32,000 bases of DNA from Gemmata obscuriglobus (GCF_008065095.1 NZ_CP042911.1:7590001-7622000); one strand, 5' to 3'; shown: positions 15,320 to 24,089, numbered from the stretch's first letter. Made by a program: numbers and translations. Notes: generated by a model not told the origin, from the letters alone.

Positions 15320-15655
15320 CACCCGAGGGCGCTCGATCGCGCGGGCGGCGGTGGTGGGCGTGTGGTCCGCATGGGTGAACCCCGCGTGCCGTGCTCCGCG
15401 TGGTGCCGATCGGGACGGGCGCGGCTCGCCGCCGCGAGGTGCGGGTGGGCGTGGCTGGTGGTGCCGTGGGACACGGTGGTGCGGGTCGGTGGTGCTCCGC
15501 GTGTGGCCCGTGGGTGTCTGGCGCGGCTCACCGCCGCGAGGTGCGGTGGTGGGTGGCCCCCGGTGTGCCGCGGCACGGTGGTGCGGGTCGGTGGTGGCTC
15601 CGCGGAACCGCGACGCGGGCGCGGGCTCCGCGGAACCGCACATCCCAGCGCAGAA
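15320..15655 (+). other. non-coding cassette NC-B5 (2 modules, tail type 1)
   Basis: Anchors at 15419 and 15521 (spacing 102). Confidence 0.7.
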
Positions 15656-15746
15656 GCCGAACCCGGCGCTGCACCTGACACCGCCATCTGTTCTGGGACG
15701 CACCGCTCATCCGGTGATGGCGGTGCAGGTGAGCTTTATGTTCGGC
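15656..15746 (+). repeat. attC-like site B8
   Basis: 91 nt, consensus arms. Confidence 0.85.
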
Positions 15747-15764
15747 AACCAGAGGGCGCAGCGG

Positions 15765-16049
15765 ATGGGTAGCAGCGAAGCGAGCCTGCCTCTTTACGAT
15801 CACTGCTCGCTGTGCGGCGCAGCAATCCGCAGGTGCGATTCGGTGGTGACCATCGAACGGCACGAAGAGCAGGTGTGTGCAAACGGCGACGTCGAGATCA
15901 CTCGAGCGGAGGTGCTGGTGTCGCTTTGCATGCCTTGTGGGCAGCGTTACCCGCTGTCGGTTACACGGGTCGAGTTGGGCGGTCAAGCGTTCATCGGCGC
16001 GAAGTGGCCCGAGGCCGAACCCGGCGCTGCACCTGACACCGCCCGCTGA
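15765..16049 (+). CDS. hypothetical Cys-rich cassette protein (94 aa)
   Basis: ATG at 15765 after AGAGGGCGC. MGSSEASLPLYDHCSLCGAAIRRCDS...CMPCGQRY. The stop (TGA) is supplied by the attC loop, giving the tail AEPGAAPDTAR. Confidence 0.55.
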   Translation: MGSSEASLPLYDHCSLCGAAIRRCDSVVTIERHEEQVCANGDVEITRAEVLVSLCMPCGQRYPLSVTRVELGGQAFIGAKWPEAEPGAAPDTAR

Positions 16050-16104
16050 TTCGGAACGCATCGCGGCCCGGGACCTCGCGGTGCAGGTGAGCTGTTCGTT
16101 CGGC
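16014..16104 (+). repeat. attC-like site B9
   Basis: 91 nt. The 3' arm is CGCGGTGCAGGTGAGC. Confidence 0.85.
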
Positions 16105-16119
16105 AGGAAGAGGGCGCGG

Positions 16120-16626
16120 ATGGGGAACGTCCGGCTGAGAACGGTGACCTATTCGGACCTCTCCGCTTTGCGGCACGAAGTGGCGGTCGTCGATGGCCCG
16201 CAGTTCCAACCTCCCGAGTTCCTCGTCGTTCGCTACTTCGGCTCCTATCGCGATGGGTCCGAGGGCACGCCGGACGCCAAGTACATCCTCGCCGCGTCCG
16301 CAGCCGCCCGGGAGGCGTGGTGGTCACGGTGTACCGTCCTCGACTTCCGTGAGCTCGTGTACCGCTGGGGAGACAACATGGCGTGGGTCACTCAGATCGG
16401 GCGCGATGGGGTGACCAAGCTCCAGTGGCCGCTCGCCATCGTGGTTGGGGACGGTTGTCGTGATGCACTCCGGTCACTGTTGCGGGACGAGTATGCGGGT
16501 CTGTGCGTGGAGTCGCTGGACGAGGCGTTTACCCTCTGCCGAGTTAAGGCTGAGGAGCATGAGCGACAGCTCAAGCAATGGCGGCCGCGGGCCGAACCCG
16601 GCGCTGCACCTGACACCGCCGGCTGA
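16120..16626 (+). CDS. hypothetical cassette protein (168 aa), copy 1 of 3
   Basis: ATG at 16120 after AAGAGGGCGC. MGNVRLRTVTYSDLSALRHEVAVVDGPQF... The stop lies in the attC loop. Confidence 0.6.
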   Translation: MGNVRLRTVTYSDLSALRHEVAVVDGPQFQPPEFLVVRYFGSYRDGSEGTPDAKYILAASAAAREAWWSRCTVLDFRELVYRWGDNMAWVTQIGRDGVTKLQWPLAIVVGDGCRDALRSLLRDEYAGLCVESLDEAFTLCRVKAEEHERQLKQWRPRAEPGAAPDTAG

Positions 16627-16681
16627 CTTGTGACGCATCGCTCATTCGATGATGGCGGTGCAGGTGAGCTCTTTGTTCGGC
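16591..16681 (+). repeat. attC-like site B10
   Basis: 91 nt, consensus arms. Confidence 0.85.
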
Positions 16682-16695
16682 AACAGAGGGCGCTG

Positions 16696-17259
16696 ATGGC
16701 AGCGGATGAGGTGGTCCCGCACATCGGCATCCGGTCGCTCGCCGGCATGGTGCGGCTGGGCATGACCCGCGCGGAAGTACAACCCCTGCTCGACCAGGAT
16801 CGCGACATCCGGGTGGATTTCCGCGGTGATCCACCGGTGGTGGCGTTCGTCGAATCGCCCAAGCACTGGGGATCGTTCGAGGGCATCGACCTGTTCGAGG
16901 CCGGGGCCGACGAGGTCATCGCCGAGATCGCCGAGCGGCTCGGGTTGGCGCCAGAAGTGTACCGGCCAGGGCGGCACTCGTACTACTTCCCCGATCTGCG
17001 CATGGGCCTGTGGCGGAGTTGCGTGTCGGACGAGGACGGCGACCAGGGCTTCACGTTCGACAGCGTGAGCGTCCACGCGCCGGGGTACTACGATCCCACG
17101 GGACTGGCGTTCATCCGGCATCAGGGCGGGCTGCCTCCGGAGCAGAGGCACGCCGAACCCGGCGCTGCACCTGACACCGCCCGCTGTATTGTGACGCACC
17201 GCTCATCCGGTCATGGCGGTGCAGGTGAGCTAATTGTTCGGCCACCATCGCGTGCATGA
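16696..17259 (+). CDS. hypothetical cassette protein; the frame reads through the whole attC
   Basis: ATG at 16696 after CAGAGGGCGC. MAADEVVPHIGIRSLAGMVRLGMTRAEVQPLL... There is no stop in the attC loop, so the ORF continues 17 nt into the next cassette. Confidence 0.55.
   Translation: MAADEVVPHIGIRSLAGMVRLGMTRAEVQPLLDQDRDIRVDFRGDPPVVAFVESPKHWGSFEGIDLFEAGADEVIAEIAERLGLAPEVYRPGRHSYYFPDLRMGLWRSCVSDEDGDQGFTFDSVSVHAPGYYDPTGLAFIRHQGGLPPEQRHAEPGAAPDTARCIVTHRSSGHGGAGELIVRPPSRA
17152..17242 (+). repeat. attC-like site B11
   Basis: 91 nt, consensus arms. Confidence 0.85.
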
Positions 17260-17605
17260 GCGCGGGCGGCGGCGGTGGTGGTGAGCGTGTGGTCCGCGGC
17301 GCGTCCGGCGGTGCTGTGGTGCTCCGCGTGGTGCCCGAGTGTGACGGGCGCGGCTCAGCGCCGCGAGGTGCGGTTGGGCGTGGCCGGGGTGCGGGTGGGG
17401 ACACGATCGGGCGTGTCGGTGGTGCTCCGCGTGGTGCCGGTGGGTGGCGGGCGCGGCTCATCGCCGCGAGGTGCGGTGGTGGGCGGCCTCCGATGGGTCG
17501 GGATACGGTGGTGCGGGTCGGTGGTGCTCCGCTCGGCCGCACCGGTGCCGCGGGCATCCGCAGATGCGCGGCACTGAGCGCGCCCGGAACCGCCGAGGGC
17601 ATTGA
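17243..17605 (+). other. non-coding cassette NC-B6 (2 modules, tail type 2)
   Basis: Anchors at 17349 and 17451 (spacing 102). Duplicated at 18220-18582. Confidence 0.7.
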
Positions 17606-17696
17606 GCCGAACCCGGCGCTGCACCTGACACCGCCCGCTGATCCGGGACGCACCGCTTATCCGGCGATGGCGGTGCAGGTGAGCTTTACGTTCGGC
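17606..17696 (+). repeat. attC-like site B12
   Basis: 91 nt, consensus arms. Confidence 0.85.
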
Positions 17697-17712
17697 CGCA
17701 GAGGGCGCAGGG

Positions 17713-18165
17713 ATGGCGGAGCGGTTAGTCGAGTGGACCGACCCGCCCCCGATGCACCCACATCGGGCCAACCCAGCGTTTCTTTACGAAGAGGGCAGCG
17801 GTCCGGTCTGGTGCCATTACCTGGCGTACGCCCTTCGCGAGTCGGAGGAGCACTTCGCGGTCCTACTGTTCTGCTGCGAGGACTCGGACGTAGTGTCGCT
17901 CACAAGCCCAGCAGCTGACAAGCATCCGTACCGCACGCTGGGGCTGATTGGGCCTAGGTTCTTCCGACTCCTCGATTCCCCGCGGCAGAACGGGTACGAT
18001 CTTTACCACCTGCTCTGCGCGTTCCCACAGCGGACGATCGAGGTGGTCTGCATGACATATGCGGTATTGGAGAGCAGAATTGCGGCGCGGTCGTCGGTCG
18101 GCGCATTGCTCGCTGTGGTTGCCAAGCAGGCCGAACCCGGCGCTGCACCTGACACCGCCCGCTGA
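17713..18165 (+). CDS. hypothetical cassette protein (150 aa)
   Basis: Track ORF. ATG after CAGAGGGCGC. The stop lies in the attC loop (tail AEPGAAPDTAR). Confidence 0.55.
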   Translation: MAERLVEWTDPPPMHPHRANPAFLYEEGSGPVWCHYLAYALRESEEHFAVLLFCCEDSDVVSLTSPAADKHPYRTLGLIGPRFFRLLDSPRQNGYDLYHLLCAFPQRTIEVVCMTYAVLESRIAARSSVGALLAVVAKQAEPGAAPDTAR

Positions 18166-18219
18166 CTTGGAACGCATCGCTCCTTGGGAGGGGCGGTGCA
18201 GGTGAGCTATTTGTTCGGC
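18130..18219 (+). repeat. attC-like site B13
   Basis: 90 nt, consensus arms. Confidence 0.85.
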
Positions 18220-18582
18220 CACCATCGCGTGCATGAGCGCGGGCGGCGGCGGTGGTGGTGAGCGTGTGGTCCGCGGCGCGTCCGGCGGTGCTGTGGTGCT
18301 CCGCGTGGTGCCCGAGTGTGACGGGCGCGGCTCAGCGCCGCGAGGTGCGGTTGGGCGTGGCCGGGGTGCGGGTGGGGACACGATCGGGCGTGTCGGTGGT
18401 GCTCCGCGTGGTGCCGGTGGGTGGCGGGCGCGGCTCATCGCCGCGAGGTGCGGTGGTGGGCGGCCTCCGATGGGTCGGGATACGGTGGTGCGGGTCGGTG
18501 GTGCTCCGCTCGGCCGCACCGGTGCCGCGGGCATCCGCAGATGCGCGGCACTGAGCGCGCCCGGAACCGCCGAGGGCATTGA
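18220..18582 (+). other. non-coding cassette NC-B7 (copy of NC-B6)
   Basis: By eye the sequence matches 17243-17605. The track translations are identical (for example 17275-17577 and 18252-18554). Confidence 0.7.
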
Positions 18583-18673
18583 GCCGAACCCGGCGCTGCA
18601 CCTGACACCGCCCGCTGATCCGGGACGCACCGCTTATCCGGCGATGGCGGTGCAGGTGAGCTTTACGTTCGGC
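18583..18673 (+). repeat. attC-like site B14
   Basis: 91 nt. Same as B12. Confidence 0.85.
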
Positions 18674-18908
18674 TACCATCGCGAGCATGAACGCGCGTGC
18701 GGCGGCGGTGGGCGTGTGGTCCGCGGTGCGTAAGACGGTTGTGTCGCACGAGGTGGCGGGTGTCGCCGCGGCCCCGGTTGTGATGCCGCGGTGGGCCGCA
18801 CGGCACCGCGCGTGTCGCGGGCTCGGGCACGGCCGATGCGCGGCGCCGGCGCGGGCTCCGCAGAGCCGCGTGCGCAACGGCGCAGAAGCGAACCGCGGAC
18901 GGCAGCGA
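18674..18908 (+). other. non-coding cassette NC-B8 (family head, divergent body, no canonical module)
   Basis: Head CATCGCGAGCATGAACGCGCGTGCGGCGGCGGTGGGCGTGTGGTCCGCGG is followed by unrelated GC-rich sequence. Confidence 0.55.
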
Positions 18909-18999
18909 GCCGAACCCGGCGCTGCACCTGACACCGCCATGTAGTTTGGACGGCATCGCTCATCCGATGATGGCGGTGCAGGTGAGCTGTATGTTCGGC
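18909..18999 (+). repeat. attC-like site B15
   Basis: 91 nt, consensus arms. Confidence 0.85.
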
Positions 19000-19027
19000 C
19001 GCGGAAGGTATCGGAGGTGGTAGCGGC

Positions 19028-19525
19028 ATGCCCGAGGTGTACTTCGACCATGCGGAAGTAGATGGTCCGATTCCCCCGGGCGCGGACGCGATCGTCCGGC
19101 TGATGCGTGAGCGAGGCGAGGACTACTGGAATGATGCCGAGGACGGCCCCGGGTTCAAGTCCCTGTACTACTATGCCGAAGGGCGGGATTCGGACGTGGG
19201 GTGTACCGCGGAGTTGGTGCTCACCAAGAAGGACCGGTACGGGTTCCACTTCTGGCTGCACTACCCGGTGAGCTGGGTGGACTCGCCGTACTACCGCGAG
19301 CACGAGTCGCACTACTCGTGCTCGGACCCCGACCTGCGGGAGTGGGTGGGCGTCGGCGACTCGCATGAGGGCCAGCGGCCCATCTTCGCCGGCCTGTTCG
19401 TGCCGGTCGAGGACGCCGTTGAGGTGGTCCGCGAGTTCGTCCGCTCCGGCGAGCGATCCCCGCGCATCCGGTGGGTCGATGGGCGGTTCATCCGGGACGC
19501 CGAGCGGCGGCACGGCATCCCCTAA
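19028..19525 (+). CDS. hypothetical cassette protein, resembles the Imm1-type immunity family
   Basis: Track ORF of 165 aa. ...LFVPVEDAVEVVREFVRSGERSPRIRWVDG... is the recalled Imm1-like C-terminal pattern. Own stop. Confidence 0.6.
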   Translation: MPEVYFDHAEVDGPIPPGADAIVRLMRERGEDYWNDAEDGPGFKSLYYYAEGRDSDVGCTAELVLTKKDRYGFHFWLHYPVSWVDSPYYREHESHYSCSDPDLREWVGVGDSHEGQRPIFAGLFVPVEDAVEVVREFVRSGERSPRIRWVDGRFIRDAERRHGIP

Positions 19526-19533
19526 GCGCAGAC

Positions 19534-19625
19534 GCCGAACCCGGCGCTGCACCTGACACCGCCATGTAGTCTGTGTTGCGTTGCTCCTTGGGAGGGGGCG
19601 GTGCAGGTGAGCTTCAATATTCGGC
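19534..19625 (+). repeat. attC-like site B16 (R' is ATTCGGC)
   Basis: 92 nt. Consensus arms; the first base of the core is G to A. Confidence 0.8.
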
Positions 19626-19643
19626 AACAGAAGGGCGCACGGA

Positions 19644-20186
19644 ATGGCGGAACCGCAAGCCACCGAGTACCCGACGCGCGAATGGCTTACCGATCGCTTT
19701 GCGGACGTGCAGTTCACGCACCGCGTCCCCGCCGTGAAGTGGGCATACTTCACGCAGTTGATCCGCCCGCTTGCGGGTGAAGCCGCAGGAATCCTATGGT
19801 CGGCGCTGTTCGCCGGGGTTGGGCGGCCGTTCCATCCCCGGCTCGCACGCGGGTGGATGGGGGAGCTGTTCAAGCGAGGCCCCCGCAGTCGGGGCTCTGA
19901 CTTCAAGCACGGGGAGTTACTCGACGCGGGGCTGTGCAGCCGGTTGGGGTGGGCGTCCTCCGCGCCGGTGTTCCTGGTCTTCCAGCCGACGCAGGTGTAC
20001 GTGGCCCCCTGGTCCGTGTGGCTAGATTGCTTCCGCCGCAGTTGGGTGCCGTTCGATACCTCGGTCCTGTGCAGCGACTCGTCATCGAAGGTCGCGGTGT
20101 TCTGGGAGGGCTTTGGCCCGTACTTCGCCGACCGCGGGGCGCGAAGCCTGGCCGAACCCAGCGCTGCACCGGACCCGGCCACGTAG
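19644..20186 (+). CDS. hypothetical cassette protein (180 aa)
   Basis: Track ORF. ATG after CAGAAGGGCGC. The stop lies in the attC loop. Confidence 0.55.
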   Translation: MAEPQATEYPTREWLTDRFADVQFTHRVPAVKWAYFTQLIRPLAGEAAGILWSALFAGVGRPFHPRLARGWMGELFKRGPRSRGSDFKHGELLDAGLCSRLGWASSAPVFLVFQPTQVYVAPWSVWLDCFRRSWVPFDTSVLCSDSSSKVAVFWEGFGPYFADRGARSLAEPSAAPDPAT

Positions 20187-20262
20187 TTCGTTTCCCGGCG
20201 CTCCCCGGTCGGCCGTGTGCGCTACTGGTGTCGCGGCCGGGCCGGTGAGCTTTATGTTCGGC
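20151..20262 (+). repeat. attC-like site B17 (arm variant, long loop)
   Basis: 112 nt. CACCGGACCCGGCC...GGCCGGGCCGGTG. Confidence 0.8.
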
Positions 20263-20619
20263 CACCCCGAGCCGCTCGATCGCGCGTGCGGCGGCGGTGG
20301 GCGTATGGCCCGCGTGGGTGAACCGCGCGTGTGGTGCTCCGCGTGGTGCCGGCGGTGGCGGGCGCGGCTCGCCGCCGCGAGCTTGCGGTGGTCGTGGCCG
20401 GGTGCGGATGGGTGCACGGTGGTGCGGGTCGGTGGTGCTCCGCTGAGACCGATCGGTTGCGGGCGCGGCTCATCGCCGCGTGTGGCGGTGGTGGGTGGCC
20501 CTCGGTGTGCCGGGACACGGCGCGCGGAGTCGGTGGTGCTCCGCCCGGTCGCACCGGTGGCACGGGCTCCGCAGATGCGCGGCGCTCGGCGTGTTGCCCG
20601 GAACCGCGGAGGGGAGCGA
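20263..20619 (+). other. non-coding cassette NC-B9 (2 modules, tail type 2)
   Basis: Anchors at 20362 and 20463 (spacing 101). Confidence 0.7.
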
Positions 20620-20710
20620 GCCGAACCCGGCGCTGCACCTGACACCGCCCGCTCTACTGCGACGCTCCGCTCATCCGGTGATGGCGGTGCAGGTGAGCTT
20701 GTTGTTCGGC
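20620..20710 (+). repeat. attC-like site B18
   Basis: 91 nt, consensus arms. Confidence 0.85.
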
Positions 20711-20725
20711 AGGAAGAGGGCGCGG

Positions 20726-21232
20726 ATGGGGAACGTCCGGCTGAGAACGGTGACCTATTCGGACCTCTCCGCTTTGCGGCACGAAGTGGCGGTCGTCGAT
20801 GGCCCGCAGTTCCAACCTCCCGAGTTCCTCGTCGTTCGCTACTTCGGCTCCTATCGCGATGGGTCCGAGGGCACGCCGGACGCCAAGTACATCCTCGCCG
20901 CGTCCGCAGCCGCCCGGGAGGCGTGGTGGTCACGGTGTACCGTCCTCGACTTCCGTGAGCTCGTGTACCGCTGGGGAGACAACATGGCGTGGGTCACTCA
21001 GATCGGGCGCGATGGGGTGACCAAGCTCCAGTGGCCGCTCGCCATCGTGGTTGGGGACGGTTGTCGTGATGCACTCCGGTCACTGTTGCGGGACGAGTAT
21101 GCGGGTCTGTGCGTGGAGTCGCTGGACGAGGCGTTTACCCTCTGCCGAGTTAAGGCTGAGGAGCATGAGCGACAGCTCAAGCAGTGGCGGCCGCGGGCCG
21201 AACCCGGCGCTGCACCTGACACCGCCGGCTGA
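20726..21232 (+). CDS. hypothetical cassette protein (168 aa), copy 2 of 3
   Basis: Same protein as 16120-16626. Confidence 0.6.
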   Translation: MGNVRLRTVTYSDLSALRHEVAVVDGPQFQPPEFLVVRYFGSYRDGSEGTPDAKYILAASAAAREAWWSRCTVLDFRELVYRWGDNMAWVTQIGRDGVTKLQWPLAIVVGDGCRDALRSLLRDEYAGLCVESLDEAFTLCRVKAEEHERQLKQWRPRAEPGAAPDTAG

Positions 21233-21287
21233 CTTGTGACGCATCGCTCATTCGATGATGGCGGTGCAGGTGAGCTCTTTGTTCGGC
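21197..21287 (+). repeat. attC-like site B19
   Basis: 91 nt, consensus arms. Confidence 0.85.
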
Positions 21288-21303
21288 CACCAGAGGCGTA
21301 CGG

Positions 21304-21771
21304 ATGAATCGCTGGCGTGTGAGGTTGCTCGCGTTCGCTGGCTTGTGCTCGGTCGGCACTCTCATGTACCTGACCCGCGCCGATCGTACGCCCGAGGCCG
21401 ACCCGGAAGGGCTCCATACGGATGACCGCGTCCGACGACTGGCCCCGTACGACATCGCGGCCGCAACGGTGGCAACGTGGTCTCCACTCGACATACCACC
21501 GCTGGGGGTGGTGCCCGCGGGCGCCACCCGTCCACGCCGGGAAGTGTTCGAGGCGCTCGGACTCGACGAACACCGGGTCCGTGACCTCCGTGCGTCCCCT
21601 TCCTTTCGCGTGACGATTCTTCGGTGGCAGGTGTCTCCGTCCTACGACGTGGTGTGTATGACCGCTGACAACAGCCCGGCGTCTAGCGCGGTCCCGCTCG
21701 ATGACCCGGAACGCTCGGTCTACGGCATCCGGTTCGTGAGCCGCTCGGAGGGGGCACACCATATCTGGTAA
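21304..21771 (+). CDS. hypothetical exported protein
   Basis: Track ORF of 155 aa. N-terminal MNRWRVRLLAFAGLCSVGTLMYL. Own stop. Confidence 0.55.
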   Translation: MNRWRVRLLAFAGLCSVGTLMYLTRADRTPEADPEGLHTDDRVRRLAPYDIAAATVATWSPLDIPPLGVVPAGATRPRREVFEALGLDEHRVRDLRASPSFRVTILRWQVSPSYDVVCMTADNSPASSAVPLDDPERSVYGIRFVSRSEGAHHIW

Positions 21772-21788
21772 TCGGCCAGAGCAACGGA

Positions 21789-21879
21789 GCCGAACCCCGC
21801 GCTGCACCGGACCGCGGCGACCGAAGCTGATTCCAGTGTTCATGCTCACACGCCGCGGCCGGTGAGCTCATTGTTCGGC
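21789..21879 (+). repeat. attC-like site B20 (arm variant 2)
   Basis: CACCGGACCGCGGC...GCCGCGGCCGGTG. 91 nt. Confidence 0.8.
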
Positions 21880-22237
21880 CACCATCGCGTGCATGATCGC
21901 GCGGGCGGCGGTGCTGGGCGTGTGGTCCGCATGGGTGAACTCCGCGTGTCGGGCTCCGCATTATGCCGGTGGTCGCGGGCGCGGCTCATCGCCGCGAGCT
22001 TGCGGTGAGCGTGGCCGGCGGTGTCGTGGGACACGGCGTTTCGTGTCGGTGGTGCTCCGCGTGGCGCCCGTGGGTGGTGGGCGCGGCTCATCGCCGCGAG
22101 GTGCGGTTGGGCGTGGGCTCCGGTGTGCCGCGACACGGCGCGTCGGGTCGGTGGTGGCTCCGCTCGGCCGCGTCGGTGGGCGGGCTCCGCGGCGCCGCAG
22201 TGCTCGGCGTGAGGCCCGGAACCGCGGTGGTCAGCGA
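21880..22237 (+). other. non-coding cassette NC-B10 (2 modules)
   Basis: Anchors at 21979 and 22081 (spacing 102). Confidence 0.7.
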
Positions 22238-22328
22238 GCCGAACCCGGCGCTGCACCTGACACCGCCATCGGCATTGTGACCCACTGCTCATCGTATGAT
22301 GGCGGTGCAGGTGAGCTGTTCGTTCGGC
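22238..22328 (+). repeat. attC-like site B21
   Basis: 91 nt, consensus arms. Confidence 0.85.
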
Positions 22329-22344
22329 ACCAGAAGGGCGCTCC

Positions 22345-22881
22345 GTGGATAGGTTCGAGGTCGCGCTCTACCCGCCGCTCGCCGAATGCCCGCCCGAGCG
22401 CCGAAGCTACCGGCAAGCGCACCTGGCGATCAACGGGCAATCGCTGCTTGAGTTGGTTCGGACAGCCGAGGAGCCGTGGGCACGGGCCGAGTACTTGGAG
22501 CGGCTGCCCGAGTTCGAGAACCCGGACGAGTTCCGGTTCGAGCCGGGCGACTACCACTACCTGCCCGCGTCTTGGCTGCTCCTGCCGAGTCTGGAGTTGC
22601 TCGGCCGTCCCCGCGACCCGGGGTTCGCGCTGGAACTGGGCGACCCGCGTCGGTCCAAGGCAACGGTCCTGGGTTGCACCTGCGGGATCGTGCAGTGCTG
22701 GTTCGTGCAGGTGCGGGTCACGGTACGCGCGGAGGTGGTCGAGTGGTCCGAGTTCGGGCAGTTCCACCGCCCGCACTGGCACTACGGTTTGGGTCCGTTC
22801 ACCTTCGACCGCCGGCAGTACGAGGCGCAACTCGTACCCCAAGAGGCCGAACCCGGCGCTGCACCTGACACCGCCCGCTGA
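22345..22881 (+). CDS. hypothetical cassette protein (178 aa)
   Basis: Track ORF. GTG after CAGAAGGGCGC. ...VLGCTCGIVQCWFVQVRV... The stop lies in the attC loop. Confidence 0.55.
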   Translation: MDRFEVALYPPLAECPPERRSYRQAHLAINGQSLLELVRTAEEPWARAEYLERLPEFENPDEFRFEPGDYHYLPASWLLLPSLELLGRPRDPGFALELGDPRRSKATVLGCTCGIVQCWFVQVRVTVRAEVVEWSEFGQFHRPHWHYGLGPFTFDRRQYEAQLVPQEAEPGAAPDTAR

Positions 22882-22937
22882 GTTGTGACGCACCGCTCAT
22901 CGTGTGATGGCGGTGCAGGTGAGCTTCATTGTTCGGC
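22846..22937 (+). repeat. attC-like site B22
   Basis: 92 nt, consensus arms. Confidence 0.85.
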
Positions 22938-22955
22938 AACCAGAGGGCCTCGCGA

Positions 22956-23255
22956 GTGGACGCCTCTTGGCTGGTCCGGCGCGTGACGGTGGCTGAGGCC
23001 GAGGCGGCGCATACGGCCCGCCGGGTGTCAGGCCGCCCCGCACCCGTGCCGTTCGGGGGCCTCAGCGCGCAGTGGCGGGAGCTGGTGGCCGAGATGCGCC
23101 CGGGCGATGAGCTGTGGGAGTACGACAGCCCGGCCGCCGAGTGGGATCGCAACATGGGCAGCTCGGGGTACATCCTGATCCGGCCGGGGGCCGAGGGCCA
23201 CATCCGACTGCCGGACGGCGGTGTCGTGGCCTGCGTCACTTGCCGGATGAACTGA
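22956..23255 (+). CDS. hypothetical cassette protein (about 99 aa)
   Basis: GTG at 22956, in frame with track ORF 22929-23255, whose TTG start lies inside the attC. Own stop. The start is uncertain. Confidence 0.45.
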   Translation: MDASWLVRRVTVAEAEAAHTARRVSGRPAPVPFGGLSAQWRELVAEMRPGDELWEYDSPAAEWDRNMGSSGYILIRPGAEGHIRLPDGGVVACVTCRMN

Positions 23256-23319
23256 GTGCCTGTGCTCCTGCTGCGGCTCCGCCGGCCGGTCGCGGCGGTC
23301 GTGGTCCCAGAGCAAGGCA

Positions 23320-23410
23320 GCCGAACCCGGCGCTGCACCTGACACCGCCATCAGGTTTGTGACGCACCGCTCATCCGATGATAGCGGTGCAGGTGAGCTT
23401 TATGTTCGGC
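23320..23410 (+). repeat. attC-like site B23
   Basis: 91 nt. The 3' arm is AGCGGTGCAGGTGAGC. Confidence 0.85.
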
Positions 23411-23428
23411 ACCAGAGGGACGCATCGG

Positions 23429-23731
23429 ATGAGCCTCGTCGTTCGCCTGTGTGTGTGCAACGACGCTGACAGCGGGGCCGACCGGTTAGTGGAGGTCGTC
23501 CCAAGCGACTTCAGCGTCGCCCTTCGACCCGGCGAGGAGTGCGTCGTTACCGCTGTCGGGTTGGACGCGGTGCCGTCGCTGACGGTTGTCGAGTCGGCCT
23601 ACGGCACGCATGTCATCTGCGAAGGCGGGGCCGCGGTCACCGTCGAGGGGCCTCGTCGATACCAGATGCGCGGTCTGGCAGAGGCGCCGCAAGAAGCCGA
23701 ACCCGGCGCTGCACCTGACACCGCCATGTGA
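23429..23731 (+). CDS. hypothetical cassette protein (100 aa)
   Basis: ATG at 23429 after CAGAGGGAC. MSLVVRLCVCNDADSGADRLVEVVPSDF... The stop lies in the attC loop (tail AEPGAAPDTAM). Confidence 0.5.
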   Translation: MSLVVRLCVCNDADSGADRLVEVVPSDFSVALRPGEECVVTAVGLDAVPSLTVVESAYGTHVICEGGAAVTVEGPRRYQMRGLAEAPQEAEPGAAPDTAM

Positions 23732-23786
23732 TTCGGACCCCGCCGCTCATCCGATGATGGCGGTGCAGGTGAGCTATTTGTTCGGC
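23696..23786 (+). repeat. attC-like site B24
   Basis: 91 nt, consensus arms. Confidence 0.85.
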
Positions 23787-23804
23787 AACCAGAGGGCGCA
23801 GCGG

Positions 23805-24089
23805 ATGGGTAGCAGCGAAGCGAGCCTGCCTCTTTACGATCACTGCTCGCTGTGCGGCGCAGCAATCCGCAGGTGCGATTCGGTGGTGACCATCGAACGG
23901 CACGAAGAGCAGGTGTGTGCAAACGGCGACGTCGAGATCACTCGAGCGGAGGTGCTGGTGTCGCTTTGCATGCCTTGTGGGCAGCGTTACCCGCTGTCGG
24001 TTACACGGGTCGAGTTGGGCGGTCAAGCGTTCATCGGCGCGAAGTGGCCCGAGGCCGAACCCGGCGCTGCACCTGACACCGCCCGCTGA
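23805..24089 (+). CDS. hypothetical Cys-rich cassette protein, copy 2
   Basis: Same protein as 15765-16049 (offset 8040). Confidence 0.55.
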   Translation: MGSSEASLPLYDHCSLCGAAIRRCDSVVTIERHEEQVCANGDVEITRAEVLVSLCMPCGQRYPLSVTRVELGGQAFIGAKWPEAEPGAAPDTAR

